From positions 1-60,069 of the IMG/VR virus record IMGVR_UViG_3300039037_000048: a stretch of DNA of 60,069 bases. One strand, 5' to 3'. The position numbers and the translations under genes were made by a program. Every line of letters begins with the position of its first letter. Within the stretch, counting starts at the first letter, position 1. Positions 35,384 through 45,247 of the stretch are shown here, one piece after another. The notes beneath the pieces are model-generated. The model saw only the letters and a list, made by a program, of their open reading frames with translations, did no database searches and had not been told where the DNA came from. The DNA is from a virus (Duplodnaviria; Caudoviricetes).

Positions 35384-35878
35384 ATGAAAAAAGCAATTGC
35401 AGCTTTTGGAATGCTTCTGATGACATCACCTGCTATGGCTGGTGGACTTGTTACTAAACACTCTTCTAGTGTTCAACTTAACGTAGACGCAGCGCGTTCT
35501 ACTGCCACGAGAATCGGTTCGAGCTTCAGTATCTCTGGCTCAAATATTGATACTACGGACGGTTCGACTGCAAACACAGTTTCTGCTGGTACTATCACCT
35601 CTGGTGTATATTCTCCAGGAACTATTGCAGCAACACAAGACACCGCTGGGGCAGCATTTAGTTTCAGTCAATCTTATACACAAGGTGATGCACTTCCAAC
35701 TAGTGCAGCTACTGTAGGTCAGATTCCTAACTTCGGTTCGGTTACTTCTTACACAGCTGGAACTGCTGGCGATCTTGCTGGTACTGTAACAAGTGCAGGT
35801 GTACTAACCGTAACTGCTGGTGGAGCTGGCACAAGTGCCGTGGGTCAATTTGTCTCCGAGGTCACTGTAATTGATTGA
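35384..35878 (+). CDS. Secreted Ser/Thr/Gly-rich protein
   Basis: Signal peptide MKKAIAAFGMLLMTSPAMA; beta-rich mature part. Confidence 0.75.
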   Translation: MKKAIAAFGMLLMTSPAMAGGLVTKHSSSVQLNVDAARSTATRIGSSFSISGSNIDTTDGSTANTVSAGTITSGVYSPGTIAATQDTAGAAFSFSQSYTQGDALPTSAATVGQIPNFGSVTSYTAGTAGDLAGTVTSAGVLTVTAGGAGTSAVGQFVSEVTVID

Positions 35879-36336
35879 GGACGTTCGTAATGACGATTTC
35901 TGGATCGACCTATTGGAATATTGCGACGAGTGCGGTGGTAATCCTGCTTACAGGTGCCACCGCCCAGGCAGTCCCCGTTGTCCCAAACTTCACACAGGGC
36001 TCAATGACGAGCCACACAGAGACAACACAGACAATAACCGAGACGATTAATAGCATGGATTATAGTACAGGATATCAATATTCTGCTACTGGATCTGGCG
36101 TAACTGCTAGTGGAAATCTTTCCCCTGGCACTTCTAGTAATTCTGTATCAATTGAAGGAGTGAATTCAACATGGACTGGCGTGGGTTCAAAACCAACTTT
36201 CACACAAACAACACCAGGGGCAGCGTTCCAGTTTACGGAAACGTATTCAGGACCAGGACTCCAAAATCACACGATTATCCAAAGAACAACAGAGGTTACA
36301 AGCGTAACCGACACAACAAGTATTTTCTCCCAGTAA
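35875..36336 (+). CDS. Secreted Thr-rich protein (VPVVPNFTQG...)
   Basis: Signal-like N-terminus; shares GAAF.F..(S/T)Y with the upstream gene. Confidence 0.75.
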   Translation: MRTFVMTISGSTYWNIATSAVVILLTGATAQAVPVVPNFTQGSMTSHTETTQTITETINSMDYSTGYQYSATGSGVTASGNLSPGTSSNSVSIEGVNSTWTGVGSKPTFTQTTPGAAFQFTETYSGPGLQNHTIIQRTTEVTSVTDTTSIFSQ

Positions 36337-37109
36337 TCCTATGTCTAACTCAACTTGCAAGTGTAATCCCTGCTCGTGCAGAAACTGTGGGCGGTGTGAG
36401 TGCAACAGCATCTCCAATCGCTAATAGCTCTGGCTCGGTAACTAATCAGGCAATTCAAGTATTACAAGGTCCTTACATTACCAACACTTATGGTGGTGGT
36501 ATTCAATGTCAAGGACCCACCAGAAACTTTACTCCCTATGTAACAGGGACTGCATCAGCTTCCAAACCTTGGGAGCCATATTATGATGATCCTGTATATG
36601 ATATCAGTGATAACAATGGTGCCTTCGATGACGAAGGAAACGCAATTGGGGACGGAATTATTGATAATCCTGGCCGCATTCTTTTCCACAAAAAAACTAG
36701 AACTGGACAGAAAGATAACTACAGTTTAGGTCTTGGTTTCTCTATGACATGGAGTACACCAACAGATAAAAACCTACAGGATCTATGTAAGAAAGCAGCA
36801 GCAACACAGATCGAATTGAATCAACAACTCGCTGCTAATAAAAGATTAGATTTTGAGATCGCTAGGCTCAAAAATTGTGGACAGTTATTAAAGGAGGGAA
36901 TTCGCTTCGCTCCTGGTACTAGGTACGCCAAAGTGTGTGAGGATGTGCAAGTATCTGGTGTGAACTTCATGGTTCCACACGTACACAAGATCCCTTCTAC
37001 TTCTTCGTCTTCGCCTTCACAGCGCGAAGCTTTGCAATCGCTTGATTCCGATCCCGCTGCTCTTCTCGGCGCTCCTTTACAGACAAGATCTTCATTTGTT
37101 TCCCCCTGA
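36171..37109 (+). CDS. Secreted Cys-containing protein (start uncertain)
   Basis: ANSSGSVTNQAIQVLQGPY...CQGPT...LDFEIARLKNCG. Confidence 0.7.
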   Translation: MDWRGFKTNFHTNNTRGSVPVYGNVFRTRTPKSHDYPKNNRGYKRNRHNKYFLPVILCLTQLASVIPARAETVGGVSATASPIANSSGSVTNQAIQVLQGPYITNTYGGGIQCQGPTRNFTPYVTGTASASKPWEPYYDDPVYDISDNNGAFDDEGNAIGDGIIDNPGRILFHKKTRTGQKDNYSLGLGFSMTWSTPTDKNLQDLCKKAAATQIELNQQLAANKRLDFEIARLKNCGQLLKEGIRFAPGTRYAKVCEDVQVSGVNFMVPHVHKIPSTSSSSPSQREALQSLDSDPAALLGAPLQTRSSFVSP

Positions 37110-37806
37110 TTGTAGCAACCTTCTTCAAGACTTTCTTCACTGTAGGTTTAATAACCTTCAGTAAGATGTCAGCAAATGGTTTAGCAATCAGTGCAGATGT
37201 AGTAGCAACTACAGCAATACCCCCAGTGGTGATTACGGTCCCCGCTGGGGGTAATCCATTTATGGCTTGTTCAATGATAGGTACATCACGTACCTCACGA
37301 ATACATTGATTGCCGACTAGTTTATATCCAGTAATTTCTTTCCTACCACTATCGAAGATGTGCCCGACAGGTTCTTCTGCCGCCTGTTTCTTTGTGGGAC
37401 ACTCTATCTTTGGTACTTCTTTATTTGTTTCTGGTGTCTTCTTTGGTGTCGCTGCTGGTTCTGGCGTCTTCTGCTCTGGAGGACTGCCAATAGGTGGCAC
37501 TGGAGTCTCACGCTCAAGCTTCAACTTGTTCTTATTATAATCCATAGGAGTGAACGATGGTGTGCCTGCATCACAGTACACCTTTACACCTTTCGGATCG
37601 TCAATCTCTAATTGATTGTTGTCATCACGTTCATGTGCCTCCACACAGCCAGGCATGTCCACGACAGGGACACCAATCATGTTAGTGACTGGATAGATAG
37701 GAGGAACACTAGGGATTCGTGCCTCTGGAGCAGTCCAAATGTTAATTGGACCGATGTCAAGGTCACGAATCCTAATGCTATCTGTTGTAATCTGTGGGAT
37801 ATCCAT
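36997..37806 (-). CDS. Membrane-anchored protein with Cys pairs and a C-terminal TM
   Basis: PGCVEAH...CDAG.P; Pro-rich linker; TM followed by a basic tail. Confidence 0.7.
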   Translation of the reverse strand: MDIPQITTDSIRIRDLDIGPINIWTAPEARIPSVPPIYPVTNMIGVPVVDMPGCVEAHERDDNNQLEIDDPKGVKVYCDAGTPSFTPMDYNKNKLKLERETPVPPIGSPPEQKTPEPAATPKKTPETNKEVPKIECPTKKQAAEEPVGHIFDSGRKEITGYKLVGNQCIREVRDVPIIEQAINGLPPAGTVITTGGIAVVATTSALIAKPFADILLKVIKPTVKKVLKKVATIRGKQMKILSVKERREEQRDRNQAIAKLRAVKAKTKK

Positions 37807-38042
37807 CAGGGTAGAGGGATAGCACCACCTGTTGCACTTGGAAGTTTCTCTACTTCAGGCATTGCTTTGTCTACAATACCAGGCAGTGCTTTAGTCACTG
37901 CATCAGTCGCTGCCTTCGAGACTTTCTCAATGGCAGCTTCAGTAATCGAATCTCTATTCAAGTACACATAAGCAGTGGTTCCTACTAGCGTGAGGGATAC
38001 TAGTCCCGATAGTAGTGCCACTGCATCAATCACCTTTCGCAT
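37806..38042 (-). CDS. Small N-terminally anchored membrane protein
   Basis: TM helix then amphipathic helix. Confidence 0.65.
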   Translation of the reverse strand: MRKVIDAVALLSGLVSLTLVGTTAYVYLNRDSITEAAIEKVSKAATDAVTKALPGIVDKAMPEVEKLPSATGGAIPLP

Positions 38043-38313
38043 CTTTCTTTTCCTCACCTTTTTTATCTTTATCTTCGTCTTTCTTTTTAGACGCTTGGAC
38101 TCCGAACGTAGCTAAAGTCGTTGTGAAGACGCTGGCTATAAATGTCGGATCGATTTGTCGTTGTGGAATGCCAGGAACAGTTACATAATTAAGTGTAAGA
38201 ATTGCTGCTGACCACCCAAGAATAATAACACGCACCAATGCAGACAGACCTTCGTCTGCCCATTCAAACTTTTCCTTCTTCTCTGGCACTTCCTTTACAG
38301 GAGTTTCTGCCAT
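38026..38313 (-). CDS. Two-TM membrane protein with charged tail
   Basis: LVRVIILGWSAAILTLNY...IDPTFIASVFTTTLATFGV...K/D/E tail. Confidence 0.7.
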   Translation of the reverse strand: MAETPVKEVPEKKEKFEWADEGLSALVRVIILGWSAAILTLNYVTVPGIPQRQIDPTFIASVFTTTLATFGVQASKKKDEDKDKKGEEKKDAKGD

Positions 38314-38339
38314 GTCTGGAATAGTTGAGGCACTTTTAT

Positions 38340-39011
38340 TTAGTCTGCAAGGTAACCATTTTCTTTTAGCCATTGCCCTGTCAGTGGTGTGGGTGGATAC
38401 ACTTTCCACATCTCACCAGTAGCACAGGCATCCAATGCTTTAGCAGTCATACCTTCAGTGCGACCTGCCCAGGATGCTTCTGCTTCCCAAGGCACTGCAT
38501 TTTTAGGATAGGTACGTTCAGCAAGTGTGCGCCAGATCGTAGGAACTGCCTCTTCAGGTTTGATAATAGCGATCATACTATTCTTGATAGTACCCGCCAT
38601 GCAATCCTGTGCAGCGTGCCACCCTTCATGTCTAGTGACACTCATAAGTGTGCTTTGACGATGCATGAAAGCATCATTCAAGAAGAAGTTATTACCTACA
38701 GTATGATAGACACCTCGGTGTCCTGGTGGAAAGTATTTTGTATCTGCTAGAAAGACCTTAACTCCGACCCTATTAAAAGAGGCGATGATGTCATTAAACT
38801 CACGAGCAACAGCATCATAATCACTGTCGGGATAGCGATCGATAATATCTTGAATACTTGTGATTCGTTTAACATTGTCGGTACACTCTAGTAGCATCAT
38901 GCATCCCATAGAATCCATAGTGTGGTAACCCTTGGTGGGTTCCGCCGCTACAGGCACAGTCATACCATGTGCTGCTCCGAAGAGCAGACCTGACAAAATA
39001 TACTTAAACAT
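38340..39011 (-). CDS. Secreted zinc metallopeptidase-like protein
   Basis: Signal peptide; RHEGWH (HExxH) and a downstream WEAEA Glu. Confidence 0.7.
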   Translation of the reverse strand: MFKYILSGLLFGAAHGMTVPVAAEPTKGYHTMDSMGCMMLLECTDNVKRITSIQDIIDRYPDSDYDAVAREFNDIIASFNRVGVKVFLADTKYFPPGHRGVYHTVGNNFFLNDAFMHRQSTLMSVTRHEGWHAAQDCMAGTIKNSMIAIIKPEEAVPTIWRTLAERTYPKNAVPWEAEASWAGRTEGMTAKALDACATGEMWKVYPPTPLTGQWLKENGYLAD

Positions 39012-39029
39012 AATATACCTCAATGATTT

Positions 39030-39176
39030 TTATTTATCTTCGTTGTACCAGAAGTCTTCCCAGTCTTCTTCTGTCGCTTCGTAGATAGGGCAAGGTTCTT
39101 CCATAAGGATATCGACTTTTGCTCTTATCATTCTAGCACGAAGCTCTTTTTCTTGCTCTTCAGTTAGAATACTCAT
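39030..39176 (-). CDS. 48-aa hypothetical protein
   Basis: Hand-translated MSILTEEQEKELRARM...FWYNEDK. Confidence 0.55.
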   Translation of the reverse strand: MSILTEEQEKELRARMIRAKVDILMEEPCPIYEATEEDWEDFWYNEDK

Positions 39177-39324
39177 TGAGGATGTCTAGCATACGGTTCA
39201 ACATGTGATCAGCACCTGAACGCCAATCATCATTCTTGTGGTCATACATACCATCTCCGATTTCTTTTTTTAATTTAAGAACACGAGACAGTGCATCAAC
39301 CTTGAGTAGTCTTCCTCTTGGCAT
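39160..39324 (-). CDS. 54-aa hypothetical protein
   Basis: Hand-translated MPRGRLLKVDALSRVLKLK...LNEYSN. Confidence 0.6.
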   Translation of the reverse strand: MPRGRLLKVDALSRVLKLKKEIGDGMYDHKNDDWRSGADHMLNRMLDILNEYSN

Positions 39325-39347
39325 AATTAAAAACCACAATGAAATAT

Positions 39348-39686
39348 TTATTTGTTGTTCTCGAACAGACCAATGAAATATTCAGCATCCACCACAATCA
39401 GTGGTTTCTTTCTGTTCTTCTTCATGACTACGATAGGTTCATAGTCACCAGAATTTTCACATGCCTGTTCGTATGCGTCCCAAACATTGAGACGCTCAAC
39501 GTTCTTACATTCTATCGAGTGAGGGAACTTTTGTCTAGCTGCTCGTGCCATGATAAGATCTTCACCACCAGCACCCATGCTACGAGACTCAATGTCCTCT
39601 GGGTGAACATCTAACATCTCAATGAGTTTCTGGCGAACCCACTTCTGTAGGTTCCTACCCTTTGCTTTGGCACTACTAGTTTTCAT
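39348..39686 (-). CDS. PD-(D/E)XK nuclease (Holliday-junction-resolvase-like)
   Basis: SAKAKGR.LQ...SMGAGGEDL...SIECKN...AYEQA. Confidence 0.7.
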   Translation of the reverse strand: MKTSSAKAKGRNLQKWVRQKLIEMLDVHPEDIESRSMGAGGEDLIMARAARQKFPHSIECKNVERLNVWDAYEQACENSGDYEPIVVMKKNRKKPLIVVDAEYFIGLFENNK

Positions 39687-39862
39687 AACCACGGATCTGG
39701 TATTTGTACCGCATTGCTTGTAGGAACCATGCGTCGGTCAGACACTTTGGTCCCTCCATTATGATCTTCGCTTGTTTTTCGTTCACGCTTGGATCCGATA
39801 GTGCTCTCCTTTTCCATTCGGGAAGTTCTTTTGTCATGTAACCACCTGTAGAATATGTTCAT
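39683..39862 (-). CDS. Hypothetical protein
   Basis: ATGA coupling on both sides. Confidence 0.5.
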   Translation of the reverse strand: MNIFYRWLHDKRTSRMEKESTIGSKRERKTSEDHNGGTKVSDRRMVPTSNAVQIPDPWL

Positions 39863-40128
39863 GTCTCTGATTGGTTCTCCCAATATCCAGGGATGTTCTC
39901 ACCACGCAAGAACTTACCCCAGTTGACAGTGTTGTAGTCAATACTATTGTCCCAGCAGAACTTCTGCATAACTTTCATTAGCTCCTCGTCATTCATCCTG
40001 GTCCACCAATAGATCGTATACTGTTCGTTACGATCAATTTGTTTCATGACTTCCAGATACTTCTGGACTGCCTTGGGTTGTTTTGGATCTGCCTGCATAG
40101 GTTTAGGCAGTGGAGTATCAGGATTCAT
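39859..40128 (-). CDS. Hypothetical protein
   Basis: 89-aa coupled ORF. Confidence 0.6.
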   Translation of the reverse strand: MNPDTPLPKPMQADPKQPKAVQKYLEVMKQIDRNEQYTIYWWTRMNDEELMKVMQKFCWDNSIDYNTVNWGKFLRGENIPGYWENQSET

Positions 40129-40793
40129 AATTGTATAAGCGTATGGTCATCATCATCTGTAAAGATGTTAGCCAATTGTGTAAGATCAAAGGCAATAGTA
40201 ATTCTAGGACTATCCTGTTGATTAACTGTAGTATAGTGAGGAAGATAGTTAGGGAATAGTGTCAGTTTACCTGGCACATTCTCTGCCTCATAGTTCCTAC
40301 CAATGTTATCATATGGATGAGTGTAGATAGTCTTGGTGTCTACAGCGGCAACAGTTAGATGCCCTCCCAAGTATGTATGTGGGTGGACAGAGTGCCAATG
40401 TTGTTTGATCCTCTCTCCTTTCCTCAATACATTTGCCCAGCATCTAATGCGTACCTTGGGTGGAGCTTTGAATACACCGAACATACTTTGGTAGTATTGT
40501 CGGTGAAACTTTTTGATCTCCTGATGTAACTGATCTGTAGCAGGAAACCCCCAGGTCAAGACATTAAAATGCCTGAACCTAGAGGTAAGACTATTAGGAC
40601 CAAGACCAGTGTTCCCGTCACTACTGGCGGGAAACTGGGATTTGATCTCTTCTTCTTTCTGTAGAATAATTTTAGTTAGTTCTTCACAGTCAATATCAAT
40701 TTGCTTTTCGCCAATAGTAAAGTCCCACTGGGGTGCAAATGGTGACTGGGGCGGATCACTCTTGTGATGAACCGCGCACCATTCTTTTGTCAT
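40125..40793 (-). CDS. 2OG-Fe(II) oxygenase
   Basis: CWANVLRKGE.I..HWH...LFPNYLPHYT...RITIAFD. Confidence 0.8.
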   Translation of the reverse strand: MTKEWCAVHHKSDPPQSPFAPQWDFTIGEKQIDIDCEELTKIILQKEEEIKSQFPASSDGNTGLGPNSLTSRFRHFNVLTWGFPATDQLHQEIKKFHRQYYQSMFGVFKAPPKVRIRCWANVLRKGERIKQHWHSVHPHTYLGGHLTVAAVDTKTIYTHPYDNIGRNYEAENVPGKLTLFPNYLPHYTTVNQQDSPRITIAFDLTQLANIFTDDDDHTLIQL

Positions 40794-41977
40794 AGTTTAA
40801 ATCCAGAGAATGTCTTTTCACCAACGTCTTGCTTGAGACCACCAATAACATAGGACTCAACCTCTGTCTCCTGTGGTGCCACCTGCATGGTCTTGGAGTT
40901 CAACCAGTGCTCTGTCCAAGGGAGAGGATTGTTAGAGATAGGTTGACTGAAGACAGGCTTCATGTTGATAGACTTCATGCGACGATTTGCAACCCACTCA
41001 ACATAATTCTTGAGTAGTTTGTCATTCAAACCAATCATGCTACCGTCTCTGAACAGATACTCTGCCCAGTTCTTCTCTTCCTCTACACAGTCACGGAACA
41101 TCTGGACAACGTTCTGCTCTTCTTCCTCAATGATCTTCAGCATGTCAGGGTCATCACCCTTCTGCCAGTTCTTGATCATGTTCATGGTGATGGTCATGTG
41201 CTGTGACTCATCACGAGCAATCAGACCGATGATCTTTGCATTGCCTTCCATGACTTTGAGTTCACCGAAAGCAAAGGAGCAAGCGAACGAAACATAGAAA
41301 CGAATACCCTCAAGGATGTACACGTTCATGACTGCACGATAGAGTCTACGCTTCAGGTCACGCAGTGTCCATTCAGCACTAGGAGAATCTTTCCAGTCTT
41401 CCTTCCACCAGTTACCAGTGCCATACTCCTGTGCAGCATTGATGAAGTCATCGTATGCCTTGGTGACACTAGCAGCACGTTCAATGATCTTCTCATCGTC
41501 GATGATAGTGTCAAGAACTTCTGTAGGATCTGGGTACACATTCTTAATGATGTATGTGTAGGAGCGACTATGAATCATCTCCATAGTCTGCCAGATGTTC
41601 ATGGCACCCTCAAGCTCGGGTAGTGAACAGTAAGGGCTAAAAGCCATCCCAGGACCACGCCCTTGTACAGAATCCAAGAGGATCTGGTACTTAAGATTGG
41701 AGGTGAAGATATGCTTCTGCTCTGGACGAAGCGTCTGGTAGTCAGCACGGTCCTTCTGAAGTGATACTTCTTCTGGTCTCCAGAAGTATCCCAGTTGCTG
41801 TTGAGTAAGTTTCTCAAAGATAGGATACTTGAATTGATCATAACGTTGTACTCCTAGAGGGGCACCAAAAAACATTGGTTGCTTCAATGCATTGACTGTA
41901 TTGGTATTGAATACAGTCATGCCGTCTACAGATTTCTTTGGCATGTCGTCGTTGACTCTAAATTTTGCAACTGTCAC
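40790..41977 (-). CDS. nrdB: Ribonucleotide reductase class Ia beta subunit
   Basis: FWRPEEVSL, EMIHSRSY, LEGIRFYVSFACSF, IARDESQH, APQETE. Confidence 0.97.
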   Translation of the reverse strand: MTVAKFRVNDDMPKKSVDGMTVFNTNTVNALKQPMFFGAPLGVQRYDQFKYPIFEKLTQQQLGYFWRPEEVSLQKDRADYQTLRPEQKHIFTSNLKYQILLDSVQGRGPGMAFSPYCSLPELEGAMNIWQTMEMIHSRSYTYIIKNVYPDPTEVLDTIIDDEKIIERAASVTKAYDDFINAAQEYGTGNWWKEDWKDSPSAEWTLRDLKRRLYRAVMNVYILEGIRFYVSFACSFAFGELKVMEGNAKIIGLIARDESQHMTITMNMIKNWQKGDDPDMLKIIEEEEQNVVQMFRDCVEEEKNWAEYLFRDGSMIGLNDKLLKNYVEWVANRRMKSINMKPVFSQPISNNPLPWTEHWLNSKTMQVAPQETEVESYVIGGLKQDVGEKTFSGFKL

Positions 41978-44264
41978 AATCTTCTTCCTCGGTTTCTAGA
42001 ATTTGGGTAAGCAGGTCTTCGATGCTCTGTTTCTTCTCTTCTTCTTTGTCGTCGTCTTCTTTTACATCATAGGTGTTTTGATAGTATGAAGTTTTCCAAC
42101 CGTACTTGTATGTAGTCAAGAAATCCTGTGCCATGACCGAAACTGGGATCTCATTGTTGGGGTAATTCAGTGGATTGTAGCTCCAGTTACCAGAAATTGC
42201 CTGGTCAAAGAACTTCTGCATCACAGCAACAATATTAATATACCCAGTGTTGTTAGGCATATCCCACAGAAGGGTATAATTGTTCTTAAGAGTCTGGTAT
42301 TGCGGTACGATCTGTTTAAGCGGTCCCTTCTTGCTCTTCTTAACGGACAGATACCCTCTAGGTGGCTCGATTCCATTTGTTGCGTTTGACACAACGGAAC
42401 TGCTCTCTGATGGCATTTGAGCAGACAGTGTTGAATGTCGTAATCCATGCTGTCTGATCGCTTCCCGTAGAGTTCCCCAATCAAGTGAAAGGTCATGTGG
42501 TACTAGTTCGTCAACGTCCTTTTTATATGTATCGATAGGAAGAATGCCATGAGAATACTTGGTACGATCAAAGTATCCACACGCACCTTTCTCTTTAGCA
42601 ATCTGGTTAGAAGACTTCAGAAGATAATACTGGAATGCTTCCGTCAGATCATGGACTGCTTTCACTGCTTCAGGAGAGTCGTAAGAGTGCCCCTGCTTCG
42701 CCAGGAAGTGCGCTAGACCGATGTATCCGATGCCCAGTGACCTACGATTGAGTGTGGACTCTCTCGCCGCTTTGACAGGGTACTCCTGGTAGTCGATCAG
42801 TTCTTCCAGACCACGAACAGCAAGATCACAAAGGGGTTCAATGTCATCCAGTGTCTTCAGTTTACCTACGTTGATAGCAGACAGAATACACAGAGCAATC
42901 TCACCCTCGCCATCGATATGCTGGATGGGGTCAGTTGGTAGAGTGATCTCCTGACACAGGTTAGACATGTTAACCTTGTCCAGGAAAGAACTATGACTGT
43001 TGCAGTGGTCAATGTTCATGAGGTAAACACGACCAGTCTCTGCTCGCTCCTTCAAGAGATCAAGAATAAGTTCTTGAGCACCGATAGTTTTGCGTGGAAT
43101 AGATCCATCAGATTCATAACTTGTATAGAGATCATCAAACCCAGGAGTACCAAAAGCATCATAAAGACCTGGTACATCGTGAGGTGAGAAGAGACTGATC
43201 TCTCCGTCTTGGATGAAACGTTCATAGAACAGTTTACTAATCTGGATACTGTAGTCTAGTTTACGAACACGATTGTCCTGCGTTCCTTTATTATTCTTTA
43301 GGACAATGATGTCTTCGATTTCTTGGTGCCAGATTGGGAAGTGGACAGTCGCGCTTCCACCTCGAATGCCATTTTGAGTGCAGCATCGGACAGTGCTCTC
43401 AAACTTTTTGAGGAATGGAATAACACCCGTGTGCGCGACTTCTCCACCTCGGATCTTACTGTTGACGCCACGGATTCTGCCTGCGTTGATACCGATGCCC
43501 GCCCTTTGTGCAACATATCTGCCGATAGCCATATCAGAACTAAAGATGCTATCGAGGGTGTCATCAGAATCAACAAGAACACAGCTAGCAAATTGTCGAA
43601 GTGGAGTTCGCACTCCTGCCATGATAGGTGTGGGAATGTTGATTTTGTGCTTGCTGATTGCGTCGTAGTATCTTCTGACATAATCGAGTCTAGTTGCTAA
43701 TGGATATTCAGCGAATAGAGTCAGTGCAATAAGCATGTACATGTATTGTGGAGTCTCATAGACTTCACCACTACTTCTATCTTGCACAAGGTACTTATCG
43801 GTGACCTGACGAAGACCAGCGTAAGTAAACAAGTAGTCACGATCATGATCAATCCAGGAATTGACCTTGATCCAATCTTCATCGCTATACTTATCTAGGA
43901 TTTCTTCGTCATATACTTTATTAACTGTAGCATTATAGGCAGCAACATCAAACACCGAAGGCATACCTTCCTTCCAGATGTTCTTATGGAATGCTTCCTT
44001 GCGTAGGGAGAACAGAAGCAAACGAGCAGCAACAAACTGATAGTTAGGATGATCCAGGTCGATCAAGTCACTAGCAGAACGCACAAGAATCTCTTGGATC
44101 TGTTCAGTGGTGATACCATCAAAGAACTGGATGCCAGAGTTCATCTCTACCTGACTAGCAGACACCCCACCGAGACCTTTACATGCCTCTTCCACCATCT
44201 TATGAATCTTCTCAAGGTTGAGGCTTTCAACCGATCCGTCTCGCTTCTTTACGTTGATGCTCAT
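41958..44264 (-). CDS. nrdA: Ribonucleotide reductase class Ia alpha subunit
   Basis: ATP cone, PTPIMAG, SNLCQEI, C-terminal CDSC. Confidence 0.97.
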   Translation of the reverse strand: MSINVKKRDGSVESLNLEKIHKMVEEACKGLGGVSASQVEMNSGIQFFDGITTEQIQEILVRSASDLIDLDHPNYQFVAARLLLFSLRKEAFHKNIWKEGMPSVFDVAAYNATVNKVYDEEILDKYSDEDWIKVNSWIDHDRDYLFTYAGLRQVTDKYLVQDRSSGEVYETPQYMYMLIALTLFAEYPLATRLDYVRRYYDAISKHKINIPTPIMAGVRTPLRQFASCVLVDSDDTLDSIFSSDMAIGRYVAQRAGIGINAGRIRGVNSKIRGGEVAHTGVIPFLKKFESTVRCCTQNGIRGGSATVHFPIWHQEIEDIIVLKNNKGTQDNRVRKLDYSIQISKLFYERFIQDGEISLFSPHDVPGLYDAFGTPGFDDLYTSYESDGSIPRKTIGAQELILDLLKERAETGRVYLMNIDHCNSHSSFLDKVNMSNLCQEITLPTDPIQHIDGEGEIALCILSAINVGKLKTLDDIEPLCDLAVRGLEELIDYQEYPVKAARESTLNRRSLGIGYIGLAHFLAKQGHSYDSPEAVKAVHDLTEAFQYYLLKSSNQIAKEKGACGYFDRTKYSHGILPIDTYKKDVDELVPHDLSLDWGTLREAIRQHGLRHSTLSAQMPSESSSVVSNATNGIEPPRGYLSVKKSKKGPLKQIVPQYQTLKNNYTLLWDMPNNTGYINIVAVMQKFFDQAISGNWSYNPLNYPNNEIPVSVMAQDFLTTYKYGWKTSYYQNTYDVKEDDDKEEEKKQSIEDLLTQILETEEEDCDSCKI

Positions 44265-45247
44265 ACTTTCTTCCATGTGTTCAGTTTAAGTTTCGCTTCT
44301 AATCCACGGTAGGTATTAGATTCTACCATAGTTTGCACGTCATGTCCAGCAAGGTACATGTCGTTAATGTCCTTTTGTTTAACAGTCGTTGGCCAGATAA
44401 CTACGGAGTCGCCTCTATCGATTGAATTGCTGATTCGCTGGACGATTTGTGGGTTGCGGGGTTCATTATCATAGACATAGCAGCAATCGTCAATAGTCCC
44501 ATCAGGGACATGAACGTCACTTCCACACATAGCAATCGAATTGCGAAGGAACGTGCTGTCAAAGGGTCCTTCTGTGATGTATACTCTTTCATTAAAATCA
44601 ATTCTATCAAGACCAAAGATTTTAGGTTGCGATTCGTCAAGTATGATAGTAATGTATCGCAACTTGGTTCTAGGTGAGAGTGACCTCCCTTGGAAACCAA
44701 ACATTACTTTATCTGCTGTGTACAATGGCAGAATAATACGTGGACCATCGCCTCTCATGTCATCAAATGTAGGCGTCTGTTCGTTAGTCCACTCCTTAAA
44801 TTTAGGTGCGTATAAGAAGTAATCGAGATCTTTAATTTTTCGTTGCTCTAGATATTGTCGCGCTGGGTGAGAGTTATTTAGCTCGGAAATCTTCTGTAAA
44901 CCAGTTGATGTTTTGAATACAGGTTTTTTGAAATCAAACTTTGGTTCTGGTGTCTGTGTACCCTTACCAGTAAGACCATCACGGTATCTCTCCATGAGAT
45001 ATTGACTGTGCAGACCAGGGTTCTGATCCTTCAGGAAGTTAGTAAACGTCCTACCCACACCACAGTTGTGGCACTTGTATACATAGTCATTCTTTACACG
45101 GAAGATGTACCCACGCGCTAGGTTCTTCTTCTTTTTACTGTCACCACAATAAGGACACCTGAAGTTATACAGGTGCTCCTTCTTCTTGGTAAATCTCTGG
45201 AGTTGAGGACTAACTAAACTGACGTACTTGCTGTCCAGGTAACTCAT
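44261..45247 (-). CDS. g61: DNA primase gp61
   Basis: FRCPYCGDS...CHNCG zinc finger; TEGPFDS; DNEPRN; KDINDM. Confidence 0.95.
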   Translation of the reverse strand: MSYLDSKYVSLVSPQLQRFTKKKEHLYNFRCPYCGDSKKKKNLARGYIFRVKNDYVYKCHNCGVGRTFTNFLKDQNPGLHSQYLMERYRDGLTGKGTQTPEPKFDFKKPVFKTSTGLQKISELNNSHPARQYLEQRKIKDLDYFLYAPKFKEWTNEQTPTFDDMRGDGPRIILPLYTADKVMFGFQGRSLSPRTKLRYITIILDESQPKIFGLDRIDFNERVYITEGPFDSTFLRNSIAMCGSDVHVPDGTIDDCCYVYDNEPRNPQIVQRISNSIDRGDSVVIWPTTVKQKDINDMYLAGHDVQTMVESNTYRGLEAKLKLNTWKKV

